NCBI RefSeq assembly: GCF_014803725.1
Contig: NZ_JAAVBE010000019.1
Location: forward strand, 151,455 to 215,454
Reading direction: 5' to 3'
From: Desulfovibrio sp.
GTDB lineage: Bacteria; Desulfobacterota; Desulfovibrionia; Desulfovibrionales; Desulfovibrionaceae
Length of the DNA: 64,000 bases
Under the pieces are notes generated by a model that saw only the letters and a program-made list of their open reading frames with translations, did no database searches and was not told the origin of the DNA. Of the stretch, positions 20,179 to 29,660 are shown piece after piece (the first letter of the stretch is position 1; every line of letters starts with the position of its first letter). The position numbers were made by a program, and so were the translations under genes.

Positions 20179-21464
20179 ACAAAAAACTCACCATCGCCAT
20201 TGGCGCATTGACACTCTGCATAGGCAAAGGTGGTACGGAGCGGGTAGCCACTGATCTTGCCCATGAAATGATCCGGCGCGGCCATACTGTCTTCATCCTC
20301 TGCAGGGATTACCACAAGCCGCCGCCCTTCACGCTGGATCCGCGCGCGCAATACATTCATCTGTCCCGCGATTTTTTCCGCGGCAGCCAGAAAGCCATCG
20401 CGGATGTGCGCACCCTCCTCAAATGCAGGGGCACCGATGTCTTCCTTTCCCTCCAGTCAGAATCCACCCACATGCTCTGGGCGCTGGCATGCATGGGAAC
20501 GGGCATTCCCTTTATCTGTTCCGAACGTTCCGATCCGCGTTTCACCGAGGCGGTTTCGTGGAACAGGCCGGGGCGGCATGCGGTTCTCGCGGCTGCCGAT
20601 GCCGTCCATGAGCTTTTGCCAGTGCATATGGAGACAGTACCCGAACAGTGGCGGTGCAAGGTGCGCTTCATTCCCAACGCCTGCCCCGGGACGGCCGCGC
20701 GGGCTGAAAGCCAGGCCGGACTGCACAAAAATCCCGCCATCCTCTTTTTGGGGCGCTTCATCAAGGGGAAACGTGCGGACGCGCTCCTGCGGGCTTTCGC
20801 CCTCCTGGCGCCGGAATTTCCGGGATGGACGCTTTCGCTCGTCGGCGTGGGGCCCGAGCGCGGGCGGCTCCGGCGCCTTGCTGCGTCCCTTGGCGTGGAC
20901 GCGAGGGTGACAGTTCGCCCCTCCCGCGAGAATGTGGCCGAGGATTACGCCGAGGCCAGCATCTACTGCCTCCCGAGCCGGGTCGAAGGCTTTCCCAACA
21001 CCGTTGTGGAGGCCATGGCGGCCGGGTTACCCGTGGTCGGGATCGCAGACTGCCCGGCCATGACTTCACTGGTGCATCACGGCGAGAACGGCGTGCTTGC
21101 GCCGGATGCCACCCCGGAAAGCCTTGCCGATACCCTGCGCCCCCTCATGTCCTCCGCCCGGGTGCGCGAGGCAATGGGGGAAAAATCGTTGGAGCTGTGC
21201 CAACGGCTTTACGAACGGCGCGCCGTATTTGACCAGTGGGAAAATTTCTTTCGTGAAATGGCCGCAAGCAAGGGACATACGGTCATGGACGGGTATGCTG
21301 CCGAGCCTTTCGCCAGCATGGCGCGCCTTTCCTCGGCTGCGCGCCGGGAGTGGCTGTTTCGCAACTTTGGACAACCCATGCCCTACAGCATCCAATGGTG
21401 GAAAGAACGCGCCGCCTGGTTCTGGCGCAATCTGCTTGGCAAATGCCGCCGCATTAAAAACTGA
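20169..21464 (+). CDS. Glycosyltransferase family 4 (paralog of the upstream gene)
   Basis: GGTERV, SERSDP, LGRF and EGFPNTVVE motifs. Confidence 0.88.
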   Translation: MAIDKKLTIAIGALTLCIGKGGTERVATDLAHEMIRRGHTVFILCRDYHKPPPFTLDPRAQYIHLSRDFFRGSQKAIADVRTLLKCRGTDVFLSLQSESTHMLWALACMGTGIPFICSERSDPRFTEAVSWNRPGRHAVLAAADAVHELLPVHMETVPEQWRCKVRFIPNACPGTAARAESQAGLHKNPAILFLGRFIKGKRADALLRAFALLAPEFPGWTLSLVGVGPERGRLRRLAASLGVDARVTVRPSRENVAEDYAEASIYCLPSRVEGFPNTVVEAMAAGLPVVGIADCPAMTSLVHHGENGVLAPDATPESLADTLRPLMSSARVREAMGEKSLELCQRLYERRAVFDQWENFFREMAASKGHTVMDGYAAEPFASMARLSSAARREWLFRNFGQPMPYSIQWWKERAAWFWRNLLGKCRRIKN

Positions 21465-21492
21465 TGACCACCGAGCAAAGAGAGAACCCCAG

Positions 21493-23172
21493 ATGACCGC
21501 CGGCCCGCTTTTTCGCAATGACGATGTCGCCTATGACACGGACATGTCCTGTTTTCCCCGCTTTTGCGATATTTTTCATCGGCGCGGCTATCGCCAGCTG
21601 CACGCCGTGACCCTGCGTGGCCTCTGCAACTATGCGCACAGGCATAACGGCAAATATTGCGTGTATGCGGACAGGCCCACACTTTCCCTTCTCTCCAATG
21701 ACCTCATCCGCTCCCTGTCCGAACCGTACCGTTTGGAAAACAACGAGGCGCTGGTGCGCTATCTGGCCGAAAGCCCGGATGACATCGCTCTGCACGGGCT
21801 TTACCATACCAATTATGCGGCCATGGAGTATGAGGAACAACTGACGGAAATGGAGCGGGGGCTGCGCCTCCTGCAGGAGCTTTTCCCGGGCAAGAATATC
21901 CGTTTTTTCGTCCCCCCCTTCAATAAAAGCAATGCTGCGACAAGACGCGCCGCCAACGTCCTCGGCCTGCGGGTGCTTGGTGACGAAGGCGTACATCTGG
22001 AAGAGCGGCTGGCAACGTTGACGCTGGAACCGGGCATCTGGTACCGATACCATCATCACCGTTTTTATCCTGGGAGTACGTTTGACACATTTCCGCTGAG
22101 CCTCGAACGGCTGGAAACCGCACTCGCGTCAGGGGGGCAGGGGGACGCGGCAACACCGTTGCCCATGCCTTCTTTCGACTACGAAGGGGACATCAGGCTG
22201 CTCAAGCGCCTCGTGGCACAACATGAGGCGCAGCCGTGGTTTGTGAGCACTGCCGAAAACCGGCTTAACCGCCGGGAACTCCAGTTGGCCATGGGCTGGA
22301 TATACGCCCATCTGGAACATGACGCCCCCATCTTTGAACTGGGATGCGGCAGCGGCAACAATCTCGTCTGGCTCGCCACAAGGGGCTATACCGCGCTCGG
22401 CGGCAGCGATGTGGACAACAAGGCCCTTGCCGTTGCCAAGGGCATGGCGGATTCGCTGGACGCGGACTGGAACCTCATGCGCGGCAGCCTTCTCGAACCA
22501 GAGCATGTTCCCGGCGGGCAGGCCCTGATCATGGCGATCAACTGCGCGATCTATCATGCGGACTTTGTCCTGTCCGACTTTCTCCAGGCCTGCGCGGGTA
22601 GGCTCAGGCGGGGAGGATGCGTCCTCATCGATCAGGTGGACGCATCGTTCAACGGCAATCCGCGCAACAGGTGGTATTCCCCCCAATGGGAACTGCCTGA
22701 GAGCGAAAGGACGAAACCTTCGGAATACCGCAGCCCACGGCTGGGGATGCTCCAGGTGGCGCAAAGCGCCGCCAAGGCCGGTTTCGAGATCGTGGCTGCC
22801 CTCCCATCCCTGCAGGAGGTGCCCCGTTGCGTCTATGTTTTCGCGCATCGGTGTGGCATGGTGCCCGCTCGGCGCCCGCTGCCCGTCCTTCCCCTGCCGG
22901 AAAGCATGGTCCAGCCCGCCATTGAGACCCTCTTCCACTCCGGTCTGTTCGACTGGGACTGGTACCGTAAAACCTATGTACGCGGCCCCGAAATCATGGA
23001 CCCCCTGGAACACTTTGTCCGTTTCGGCGCCACCAAGGGCTACCGCCCCAACCCCGACTTTGATCCCGCGCTCTATCGCCGCAGGTATATGAGCATTGCC
23101 GACCCCACAAATCCTTTGCTGCACGCGCTGATGACGGGACGGGCGCAGCCTGCGCGCCAGGGGACGGACTAA
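21493..23172 (+). CDS. Fusion: polysaccharide deacetylase-like (NodB/DUF2334-like) + SAM methyltransferase + FD-W-Y repeat module
   Basis: FRNDD, ALHGLYH and FFVPPFN deacetylase motifs; FELGCGSG SAM motif; C-terminal LFDWDWY...DPLEHF...G..P.PDFD. Confidence 0.7.
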   Translation: MTAGPLFRNDDVAYDTDMSCFPRFCDIFHRRGYRQLHAVTLRGLCNYAHRHNGKYCVYADRPTLSLLSNDLIRSLSEPYRLENNEALVRYLAESPDDIALHGLYHTNYAAMEYEEQLTEMERGLRLLQELFPGKNIRFFVPPFNKSNAATRRAANVLGLRVLGDEGVHLEERLATLTLEPGIWYRYHHHRFYPGSTFDTFPLSLERLETALASGGQGDAATPLPMPSFDYEGDIRLLKRLVAQHEAQPWFVSTAENRLNRRELQLAMGWIYAHLEHDAPIFELGCGSGNNLVWLATRGYTALGGSDVDNKALAVAKGMADSLDADWNLMRGSLLEPEHVPGGQALIMAINCAIYHADFVLSDFLQACAGRLRRGGCVLIDQVDASFNGNPRNRWYSPQWELPESERTKPSEYRSPRLGMLQVAQSAAKAGFEIVAALPSLQEVPRCVYVFAHRCGMVPARRPLPVLPLPESMVQPAIETLFHSGLFDWDWYRKTYVRGPEIMDPLEHFVRFGATKGYRPNPDFDPALYRRRYMSIADPTNPLLHALMTGRAQPARQGTD

Positions 23173-23261
23173 AGCCCACGCTGCCGTGGTGGGGCTCTGC
23201 CCTTCGCGGGGCCTTGAGTGACGCGAACACGATGGCGCCAAGCGACCAGGATGGAAAATAC

Positions 23262-24446
23262 ATGGACGCAAAAAAAATCAATAACATCTTCACGAAGTTA
23301 CGTATACACGCCCAATTCCTCAACCGGGAGTTCGCATATTTCCTGCCACTTGTGCGGCAAAAAGGCTGGCGCTGGACATGGCGCCATGCGAAGCTCTGCC
23401 GTCACGTGTATCTTCCCTGGCTCAAGAAAAAGCTCGCCTCCACAAGCAAGGGCTTTGACCGGGAGTTCTACATCGCCAAATACGTCCGTGGGCCCCTGCT
23501 CATTGATCCGCTGGAACACTACGTGCGCCGGGGCATGTATTACGGGCTGAAACCCAACGCCGCCTTTGATCCTTACCGATATCCTCCTTCCAACATGCAT
23601 CCGGGCGACCGGCGAGCCCCCCTTCTTCACCACATCCTCGCCCAGGAAAAGGGCGTCACGCTCCTGCCGTATCCCCTTGCGGCTTACAGGCCCGGCGTCG
23701 CCGAGAAGTGCACACGTGTCCATAATTTTTTTATCACCTGCTCAAAAAGCGGGCTGCGTTTCCCGCCCGGAAAAAAAATTCTCGATTTCGGCTGCGGGGA
23801 CGGACACATGGTCGTGGCCCTGCGCGCGTTTGGCTTCGATGCCTATGGCTACGACCTTGAGCCACGGATCGCGCCCCAATATGCGCCATTCAGGGAATTT
23901 TTCCGTGATGGAATGGGGGCCGTTGACGCTGAGCGGGGCCACGCCGGAGTCTCCAACTATCAGCTTAAGTCCGGCAAGTGGCATCTCCCCTACCCGAGCG
24001 ATACTTTTGACATAGTTTTTTCGCAGCAGGTTATCGAGCATGTGTTCGACCTAGACATCGCATTTGCGGAAATGGCGCGAGTGCTCAAGCCAGGGGGGAT
24101 ATCGCTGCATGTCTATCCTCCGAAGAATTGCTTCATGGAGCGCCATGTCCACGTTCCCTTGGGGCACCGCCTTCACTTCAGGTGGTACTTCTATCTCTGG
24201 TTCTTGCTCTCGAAAAACAACTCGATAAAAGGAGACACGGCATTCGATCGCGCAAGCCATGCCTATGACTTCGTTGATACGGCGACATGCTACACCTATA
24301 ATAATGATATGAAGAAGCTTGCTGCAAAATATTTTTCAGAAGTGCGGCTTATCTGCTCATACCCGCCTCCTGTGCCTTTCAACCCCTTCCTGATGTTTTA
24401 TAATCGTATTTTTCCGCATACCATGTTGCTCGCCTGCCGCAAATGA
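23262..24446 (+). CDS. SAM-dependent methyltransferase with an N-terminal FD-x-Y repeat module
   Basis: ILDFGCGDG, DTFDIVFSQQVIEHV and LKPGG motifs. Start uncertain (23232 or 23262). Confidence 0.8.
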   Translation: MDAKKINNIFTKLRIHAQFLNREFAYFLPLVRQKGWRWTWRHAKLCRHVYLPWLKKKLASTSKGFDREFYIAKYVRGPLLIDPLEHYVRRGMYYGLKPNAAFDPYRYPPSNMHPGDRRAPLLHHILAQEKGVTLLPYPLAAYRPGVAEKCTRVHNFFITCSKSGLRFPPGKKILDFGCGDGHMVVALRAFGFDAYGYDLEPRIAPQYAPFREFFRDGMGAVDAERGHAGVSNYQLKSGKWHLPYPSDTFDIVFSQQVIEHVFDLDIAFAEMARVLKPGGISLHVYPPKNCFMERHVHVPLGHRLHFRWYFYLWFLLSKNNSIKGDTAFDRASHAYDFVDTATCYTYNNDMKKLAAKYFSEVRLICSYPPPVPFNPFLMFYNRIFPHTMLLACRK

Positions 24447-24490
24447 TTACTTACTGAGGCTTGTGCCTTCTAACTCATGTGGGGAGATGA

Positions 24491-26566
24491 ATGGGACGTC
24501 TGTTGCTTTATACCGATCTGGGCCCCTCACGGGCATGGCTTTTCGCAGCCCTTCTTGCCAACCGGGAACGGCTTGCCGCCCGTGGTATGGTCTTTGCGCC
24601 CTTCGACAACGCGTATAACGATCTCATCCCCTCTCATCGCCATCTCTGGCCCTATTTCCCTCAGGATACGTTCAGCGCCCTGCAGGAGCAGCATTTCACC
24701 ACCATTGCGGAAGAACTCGGGAAAAACAAGGACGTGCTGTGCCTTATCCCGACCTTTTCGGAGACAGCCCATGCGAAAGCCTGGGAGGCGCTGAAGGAAC
24801 GCGTCGATTTTTCGCAGCATGAAGTGAAGGCGTTGACCATCGTGGGGCGCCCTTCACTTCTTCTTGAATACCATTGGCGTGAGTGGAAGGGCTCGTATTT
24901 CGCAGGGCTCGAAGAATATTATAAGGACATGGTTTCCCTGTGCGGTCAGCTCCCTGACCTGCTCACCGGCATGGAGAGCCGTTTTGGCGCCGCGGGCCAC
25001 CGCCTTGTGGCGGATACGTCGGCGCCCACGGAGGCCGTGGCCAATCTCCCGCTCCTGGATGTGGTCGCCGATTTCCTCGGGCATGCCCCGCTTGAGGCCC
25101 CCTTGGGGACTCCATATTCGTCGCTCTTCCTCCATTCGCATGCGGCGAGGCGCCTTGCCTGGGTTCCCAGTGTCGCCTATAACGCATGGCCGCCTATCGA
25201 TGATGCCAAGCTCATGGCGTCACTTCAGGCCTTGGACGCCGGACGCGCCAACGATGTCATGACCCCGGAGGATGTCAAGGCCATGTACCTGGAGCAGTGC
25301 GGGCCAGCAACGACTCGCCTCGAAACAATGCTTGCGCTGCCGCAAGGCTCGCTCGGCATTCCCCCCTGGTTTTCCGAAACCTCTGTTGCAGACAGGTTCG
25401 CGACGCCGGACGCGGCCAGCATAAGAGCCTTCGCCCGCGAGCTTGAGCCGGAAACGCGGCGTGCGCTGCTTGCCAGGCTGCATAACGACGAAGTCCTCCT
25501 CAACGAGGATCAGCGGGCTCTCTACACCGTGCTGAGCGAGGATGCGCCTGCGGAATTTCGCCAGGTGGGCGAACCGGAGGAACCTGCCCTCCTCACGGTA
25601 TTGACCATGGCCTATAACCAGGAAAAATATATCGCGCAATGCATGGATAGCGTTCTGGAGCAAAAAACGGAATTTCCCGTCCAGCATATCGTTCTCGACC
25701 ACTGTTCAGAGGACGCTACCCCGGCGATCATTGCCGAGTACGCGGCAAAGCACCCTTCTATCCGCCCCGTCTTGCTGGCAAAGCACATTCCCTACGAAAA
25801 CACGTGGGGCCTGCTTTCACGTTGCCGGACAAAATACGCTGCGCTGTGCGACGGCGATGACTACTTTACAGAGCCGACCAAGCTCCAGAAACAGGTGGAC
25901 TTCCTCGAGGAGAACCCCGATTGCGCCCTCTGTTTTCATCCCGTGCTGGCGGTTTTTGAGGACAAGAAGTATCCCCCCTTTGTTCATCCGCCGCAGCATA
26001 TGCTCCCGCGGGGCCTCCGCAAGAAGTATTATCTGGCCGACATGCTCAACGGCAACCTCATCCAGACCAACTCCGTGGTCTACCGCTGGCGTTTCCGCGA
26101 GGGGCTCCCGGACTGGTTCCGCCCCGACCTTTGTCCGGGCGATTGGTACTGGCACCTCCTTCATGCGGAGACCGGCAAGATCGGCTTCATTCCGGAAATC
26201 ATGTCCGTCTACAGACGCCATTCTGCCTCCTACTATGCCGATTCCTTCATTTCCCATGTGAATTTGCGCCGCCAGCACGGTATGGAGGAGTTGGAGACCT
26301 ATGCGGCCATGAACGCGCACTTCAAGAACAGGTATTTTCGCGCCTTTTCCACCTTGGCCAATGGCGTCTTCGCAGACTTTCTTGAAATTCAGGCCAGGGA
26401 CGGCACCTCGAACCTTCTGGACGAGGCCAGCAAAAAATATCCTGAGTTCACGCTCAACTTTTTGAAAAACCTGAAAAAACTGAAAGCGGAATCCAGATCT
26501 CCCCAGCCTGGGGGCCCGACGGGCACAGAAGCGCCCTTTGGCGGTATCGGCAAAACTCCTCTGTAA
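24491..26566 (+). CDS. Glycosyltransferase family 2 with an N-terminal degenerate sulfotransferase-like domain
   Basis: C-terminal MAYNQEKYI, DHCSED, CDGDDY and GDW motifs; N-terminal ALLANRERLAARGMVFAP. Confidence 0.8.
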   Translation: MGRLLLYTDLGPSRAWLFAALLANRERLAARGMVFAPFDNAYNDLIPSHRHLWPYFPQDTFSALQEQHFTTIAEELGKNKDVLCLIPTFSETAHAKAWEALKERVDFSQHEVKALTIVGRPSLLLEYHWREWKGSYFAGLEEYYKDMVSLCGQLPDLLTGMESRFGAAGHRLVADTSAPTEAVANLPLLDVVADFLGHAPLEAPLGTPYSSLFLHSHAARRLAWVPSVAYNAWPPIDDAKLMASLQALDAGRANDVMTPEDVKAMYLEQCGPATTRLETMLALPQGSLGIPPWFSETSVADRFATPDAASIRAFARELEPETRRALLARLHNDEVLLNEDQRALYTVLSEDAPAEFRQVGEPEEPALLTVLTMAYNQEKYIAQCMDSVLEQKTEFPVQHIVLDHCSEDATPAIIAEYAAKHPSIRPVLLAKHIPYENTWGLLSRCRTKYAALCDGDDYFTEPTKLQKQVDFLEENPDCALCFHPVLAVFEDKKYPPFVHPPQHMLPRGLRKKYYLADMLNGNLIQTNSVVYRWRFREGLPDWFRPDLCPGDWYWHLLHAETGKIGFIPEIMSVYRRHSASYYADSFISHVNLRRQHGMEELETYAAMNAHFKNRYFRAFSTLANGVFADFLEIQARDGTSNLLDEASKKYPEFTLNFLKNLKKLKAESRSPQPGGPTGTEAPFGGIGKTPL

Positions 26567-26580
26567 AGAATCTTCCACCC

Positions 26581-27720
26581 ATGGACACCATTGATTTTCT
26601 TGTCCTCGCTGCGCACGGCACCGGAATCCATGCCTTCCACACCTATGCGAACATGCTGCCCGGCATCAGTTGTCTTTCGCATGGCATCAGCGAGAAGGCG
26701 ATTAGGGAATTCCTCCGAAACCCAGGACACACCGCCAAGGGGCTCATCCTCGATACCCCGGCCCTGGACGAGGGCTTCCTGGACGCGATCCTCGCACGCT
26801 GCAGCCCGCAATGCACGCTGGTCGTCCTGAGCCGCGACCCTCTGGAGCGCCTCAAAAGCGTCGTCAACACTCACGTTCTTTGGTGGGCTGAAGCAACAGC
26901 GGGAGTCTTCGACCGCCCAGGGCACGCGACCAAGCTCTATGGGTGCGCCGATGTGAAAACCATGACGGAAACACTGCTCGACGCGCCAAACATGAACACG
27001 AGCTGGAAACTCCTGCCCCTGGTGGCGCCCCGAATGCACAACTTCCTTGTTTTCGACATCCGGGAGCTTTACCCTGAAAATGCGGAAAGAAGCCTGCTTT
27101 CTCTCCTCGCCCTGTTGGAAAAGGGAAAGCTCCCCCAAGGGAGCATCCCCGGTTTTTCCATACCGCGATCGTTGGTGTACAGGAAAGAAAACAGCTTTGT
27201 CCGTTTTATAAAAAAACTTCGTCTGCGTCATGGCGATGCCTGGTTCGCCATTAAGCCATGTCCATATGAATTTTGCTCTTCCTACGGGCTGGAGCAGGAC
27301 ATCGTCCTGCTCCGCGACCCGGCTGACTATGGCTTTTCACTGGGCGACTACGAGGGCGAGCTGGCATTTGTGCTTTGTGAGTACGACCACCACTCGCGCA
27401 CCAATGCGATGAATATTGTTCGTCAAAGGCTGGAACAGGAGCCGGAACTTCTTCTTGACTATTGTGCGGATATTTCACGCAGGCATGCGTTCGCCCAGAA
27501 ACTGGCAGACTGCGTGGCCCTGACCAATGATGGCCTGCTGGACTTCGCCCGCTCGGATCGGCAGTTCGGCTCCGCGCTCCGACAGTTCTTCCAGAATCAT
27601 GAGCATTGCCTTACAGCCTGCGGCCGAGACGCTTCCTCTTCTTGGCAAGCCACGCAAGACTTTTCCACAGCGCTGGCCTCGATCCTTGCCGCTGGGGCGG
27701 GCGCCACGCCCGGGGACTGA
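26581..27720 (+). CDS. Sulfotransferase-fold protein (DUF2972-like); candidate phosphoramidate transferase
   Basis: N-terminal LAAHGTG loop; VVLSRDPLERLKSVVN resembles the 3'-phosphate-binding motif of sulfotransferases. Confidence 0.5.
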   Translation: MDTIDFLVLAAHGTGIHAFHTYANMLPGISCLSHGISEKAIREFLRNPGHTAKGLILDTPALDEGFLDAILARCSPQCTLVVLSRDPLERLKSVVNTHVLWWAEATAGVFDRPGHATKLYGCADVKTMTETLLDAPNMNTSWKLLPLVAPRMHNFLVFDIRELYPENAERSLLSLLALLEKGKLPQGSIPGFSIPRSLVYRKENSFVRFIKKLRLRHGDAWFAIKPCPYEFCSSYGLEQDIVLLRDPADYGFSLGDYEGELAFVLCEYDHHSRTNAMNIVRQRLEQEPELLLDYCADISRRHAFAQKLADCVALTNDGLLDFARSDRQFGSALRQFFQNHEHCLTACGRDASSSWQATQDFSTALASILAAGAGATPGD

Positions 27721-27724
27721 CACG

Positions 27725-29359
27725 ATGCAGGATACACCTATATATGGGCTCCCAGATCTGCAGGTGGCGCTCTCGTCACTTCCTCCTGACGTTTTCGTCG
27801 TAGCCTTCTACATCTCCACCACAAGCGTATCACAGGACATCTGGATGAACCCCCTGGCGGCGCGTATGCGCGCCGCAGGCTACCTGTCCCTGGCGATTTG
27901 CACCCCGAAAAATGTGGACAAGATCCGGCTTGAGGCCGATCTTACCGCGGTGCTCGCGGAAACCGATCTCTCCCCACTCACCAGAATCAATGCCATCATC
28001 ATATCCGATATGGATACACGTAATGCGATATACCCGCTAACCGCAAAGATACTTGGCTGTATACACGCGTTCAGCGTGGCGAATGATGACCTGCCCTGGT
28101 CCACGGCCGAATCGGCAGGCCTGGACGGCTGGATGGTGCCCTTTCCTCTGAGCGCAGACACAAAGGCCGGCATCAGCAAGCTCTGGTCCGGCTTCACCAC
28201 TCCGGCAGGGACACGGCGTAGTGGCAACTTTCATATCATTCCCGTGGGCTATCCCGGTCTCGCCGTTCTCGCTGAGCGCCTGCGCACCACCAGGTCCGTC
28301 CCGGACGCCATCGTCTATGCGCCCGTGGGCCGCAGCGCCTATCCGGATTCCGGGGGCAACCGGCTCAGGCGCTACGGCGTCCGCACGGTGAGGACGCTTC
28401 TCAGCAGCTTCCCCGACTACCGCGTGATTTTCCGCCCTTACAAACTTGACCTGGATTCCCCCGAGGTCCGGGAGATATGCGCGGCTTTTGCCGGCGAGCC
28501 CCGCTTTCTCCTTGACACGGCCCGAGAACGGCATTTTTCCTTCGCCCGCGGTGCCCTGCTTGTGACTGACCTGTCCCATATCGCCTGGTCTTTCGCATTT
28601 TCAACCCTCCGTCCGGCGATCTATTTCCAGCCTTGGGCACTGCCTCCGCACCCGTCGGCCACGAGTTCGCCCAAAGGGCCGACGAACTCACGCGGGCGAG
28701 GGGAGAACACGCGGCAAGCCTTCGTGCCATGGGAATGCGGGTTCCGGGCCACTTCCTTTACCGGCTTGACAAGTGCTGCCAAGGAGTGCCTGGAAAAAAG
28801 GGACTTTTGGGAAAAAGCTCTCCGTGACCGGCGTGAAAGGCTGACAATGCCTTTTGATACCGCCCTTGACGATATTGTTGGCTTCATCCGCGACTTCGTG
28901 GAGGACAAGCCACGCCCGGACTGGCTCACCATCCAGCGTGACGGCGCCGTTGTCCAAAGCGAAGCGGAACTTGTCCAGCGCATGCTGCAGCAGCCCAGGG
29001 AGGCGCTCCCCAACATTTCCGCCAGCGCGCTCATGTGCCACAGTCCGCTCAGTCCGTTGCTGACGGCCCTTGCGTTGCACTCCGGCCATGAACTCATCCC
29101 CGAGGCAGGGTTCTATTTCCGTGAGGCAATTGAACGCGCCGCCAGCCACCTGCTGAGGAAGGAGTTTTCCTGTCGCTCGTATAAAGATGTGGATGTGCAT
29201 GACATCCGGACACTCTATTCCCTGGCTATCCTGGAAATGTTAAAAAAGAAGGATGCAGACGGACTCGCACTGGCGCAAGCCCTCCTGGAGCGCCTGGATG
29301 CTTTTTGCCAGAGGGACGCCCCGGATGTCCAAACGGCGTTCCTCCTGCCGGGGGGATAA
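27725..29359 (+). CDS. CDP-polyol phosphotransferase-like (TagF/GT-B) protein
   Basis: GYPG, IVYAP, VIFRPY and LLVTDLSHIAWSFAFSTLRPAIYF match the TagF-type motif order. Confidence 0.55.
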   Translation: MQDTPIYGLPDLQVALSSLPPDVFVVAFYISTTSVSQDIWMNPLAARMRAAGYLSLAICTPKNVDKIRLEADLTAVLAETDLSPLTRINAIIISDMDTRNAIYPLTAKILGCIHAFSVANDDLPWSTAESAGLDGWMVPFPLSADTKAGISKLWSGFTTPAGTRRSGNFHIIPVGYPGLAVLAERLRTTRSVPDAIVYAPVGRSAYPDSGGNRLRRYGVRTVRTLLSSFPDYRVIFRPYKLDLDSPEVREICAAFAGEPRFLLDTARERHFSFARGALLVTDLSHIAWSFAFSTLRPAIYFQPWALPPHPSATSSPKGPTNSRGRGENTRQAFVPWECGFRATSFTGLTSAAKECLEKRDFWEKALRDRRERLTMPFDTALDDIVGFIRDFVEDKPRPDWLTIQRDGAVVQSEAELVQRMLQQPREALPNISASALMCHSPLSPLLTALALHSGHELIPEAGFYFREAIERAASHLLRKEFSCRSYKDVDVHDIRTLYSLAILEMLKKKDADGLALAQALLERLDAFCQRDAPDVQTAFLLPGG

Positions 29360-29493
29360 AAGAAACCGCATGACTCTGCTGGGGGCATGCCCCGCGGGCT
29401 GTCATGGGCTTTGGCACACCCCCCCTGGCTGGAGCGCCAGCGGCCCGCGGCCCGGTGCATCGCCCTAGCATCCGCCACGCCAGGGAGAAATAT

Positions 29494-29522
29494 TTGCAAA
29501 TTATTCCACAGCATGCTATGAA
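29494..29522 (+). promoter_or_regulatory. Putative extended -10 sigma70 promoter for the phosphoramidate operon
   Basis: TTGCAA-N17-TATGAA with TG at -15/-14, in an AT-rich gap. Confidence 0.5.
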
Positions 29523-29660
29523 TAAAAAATATCGGCAGCCCTTACGCGCGCTTCCCCCTCCAGAGCAATGCCTGCAAATCCCTCAATACCGGAGCAAATC
29601 CGGCAAAGCCCACTGAAGAGGCCCCTCGGAAAACGCCGTGCAAAGGACGTCCCCCCCGAG

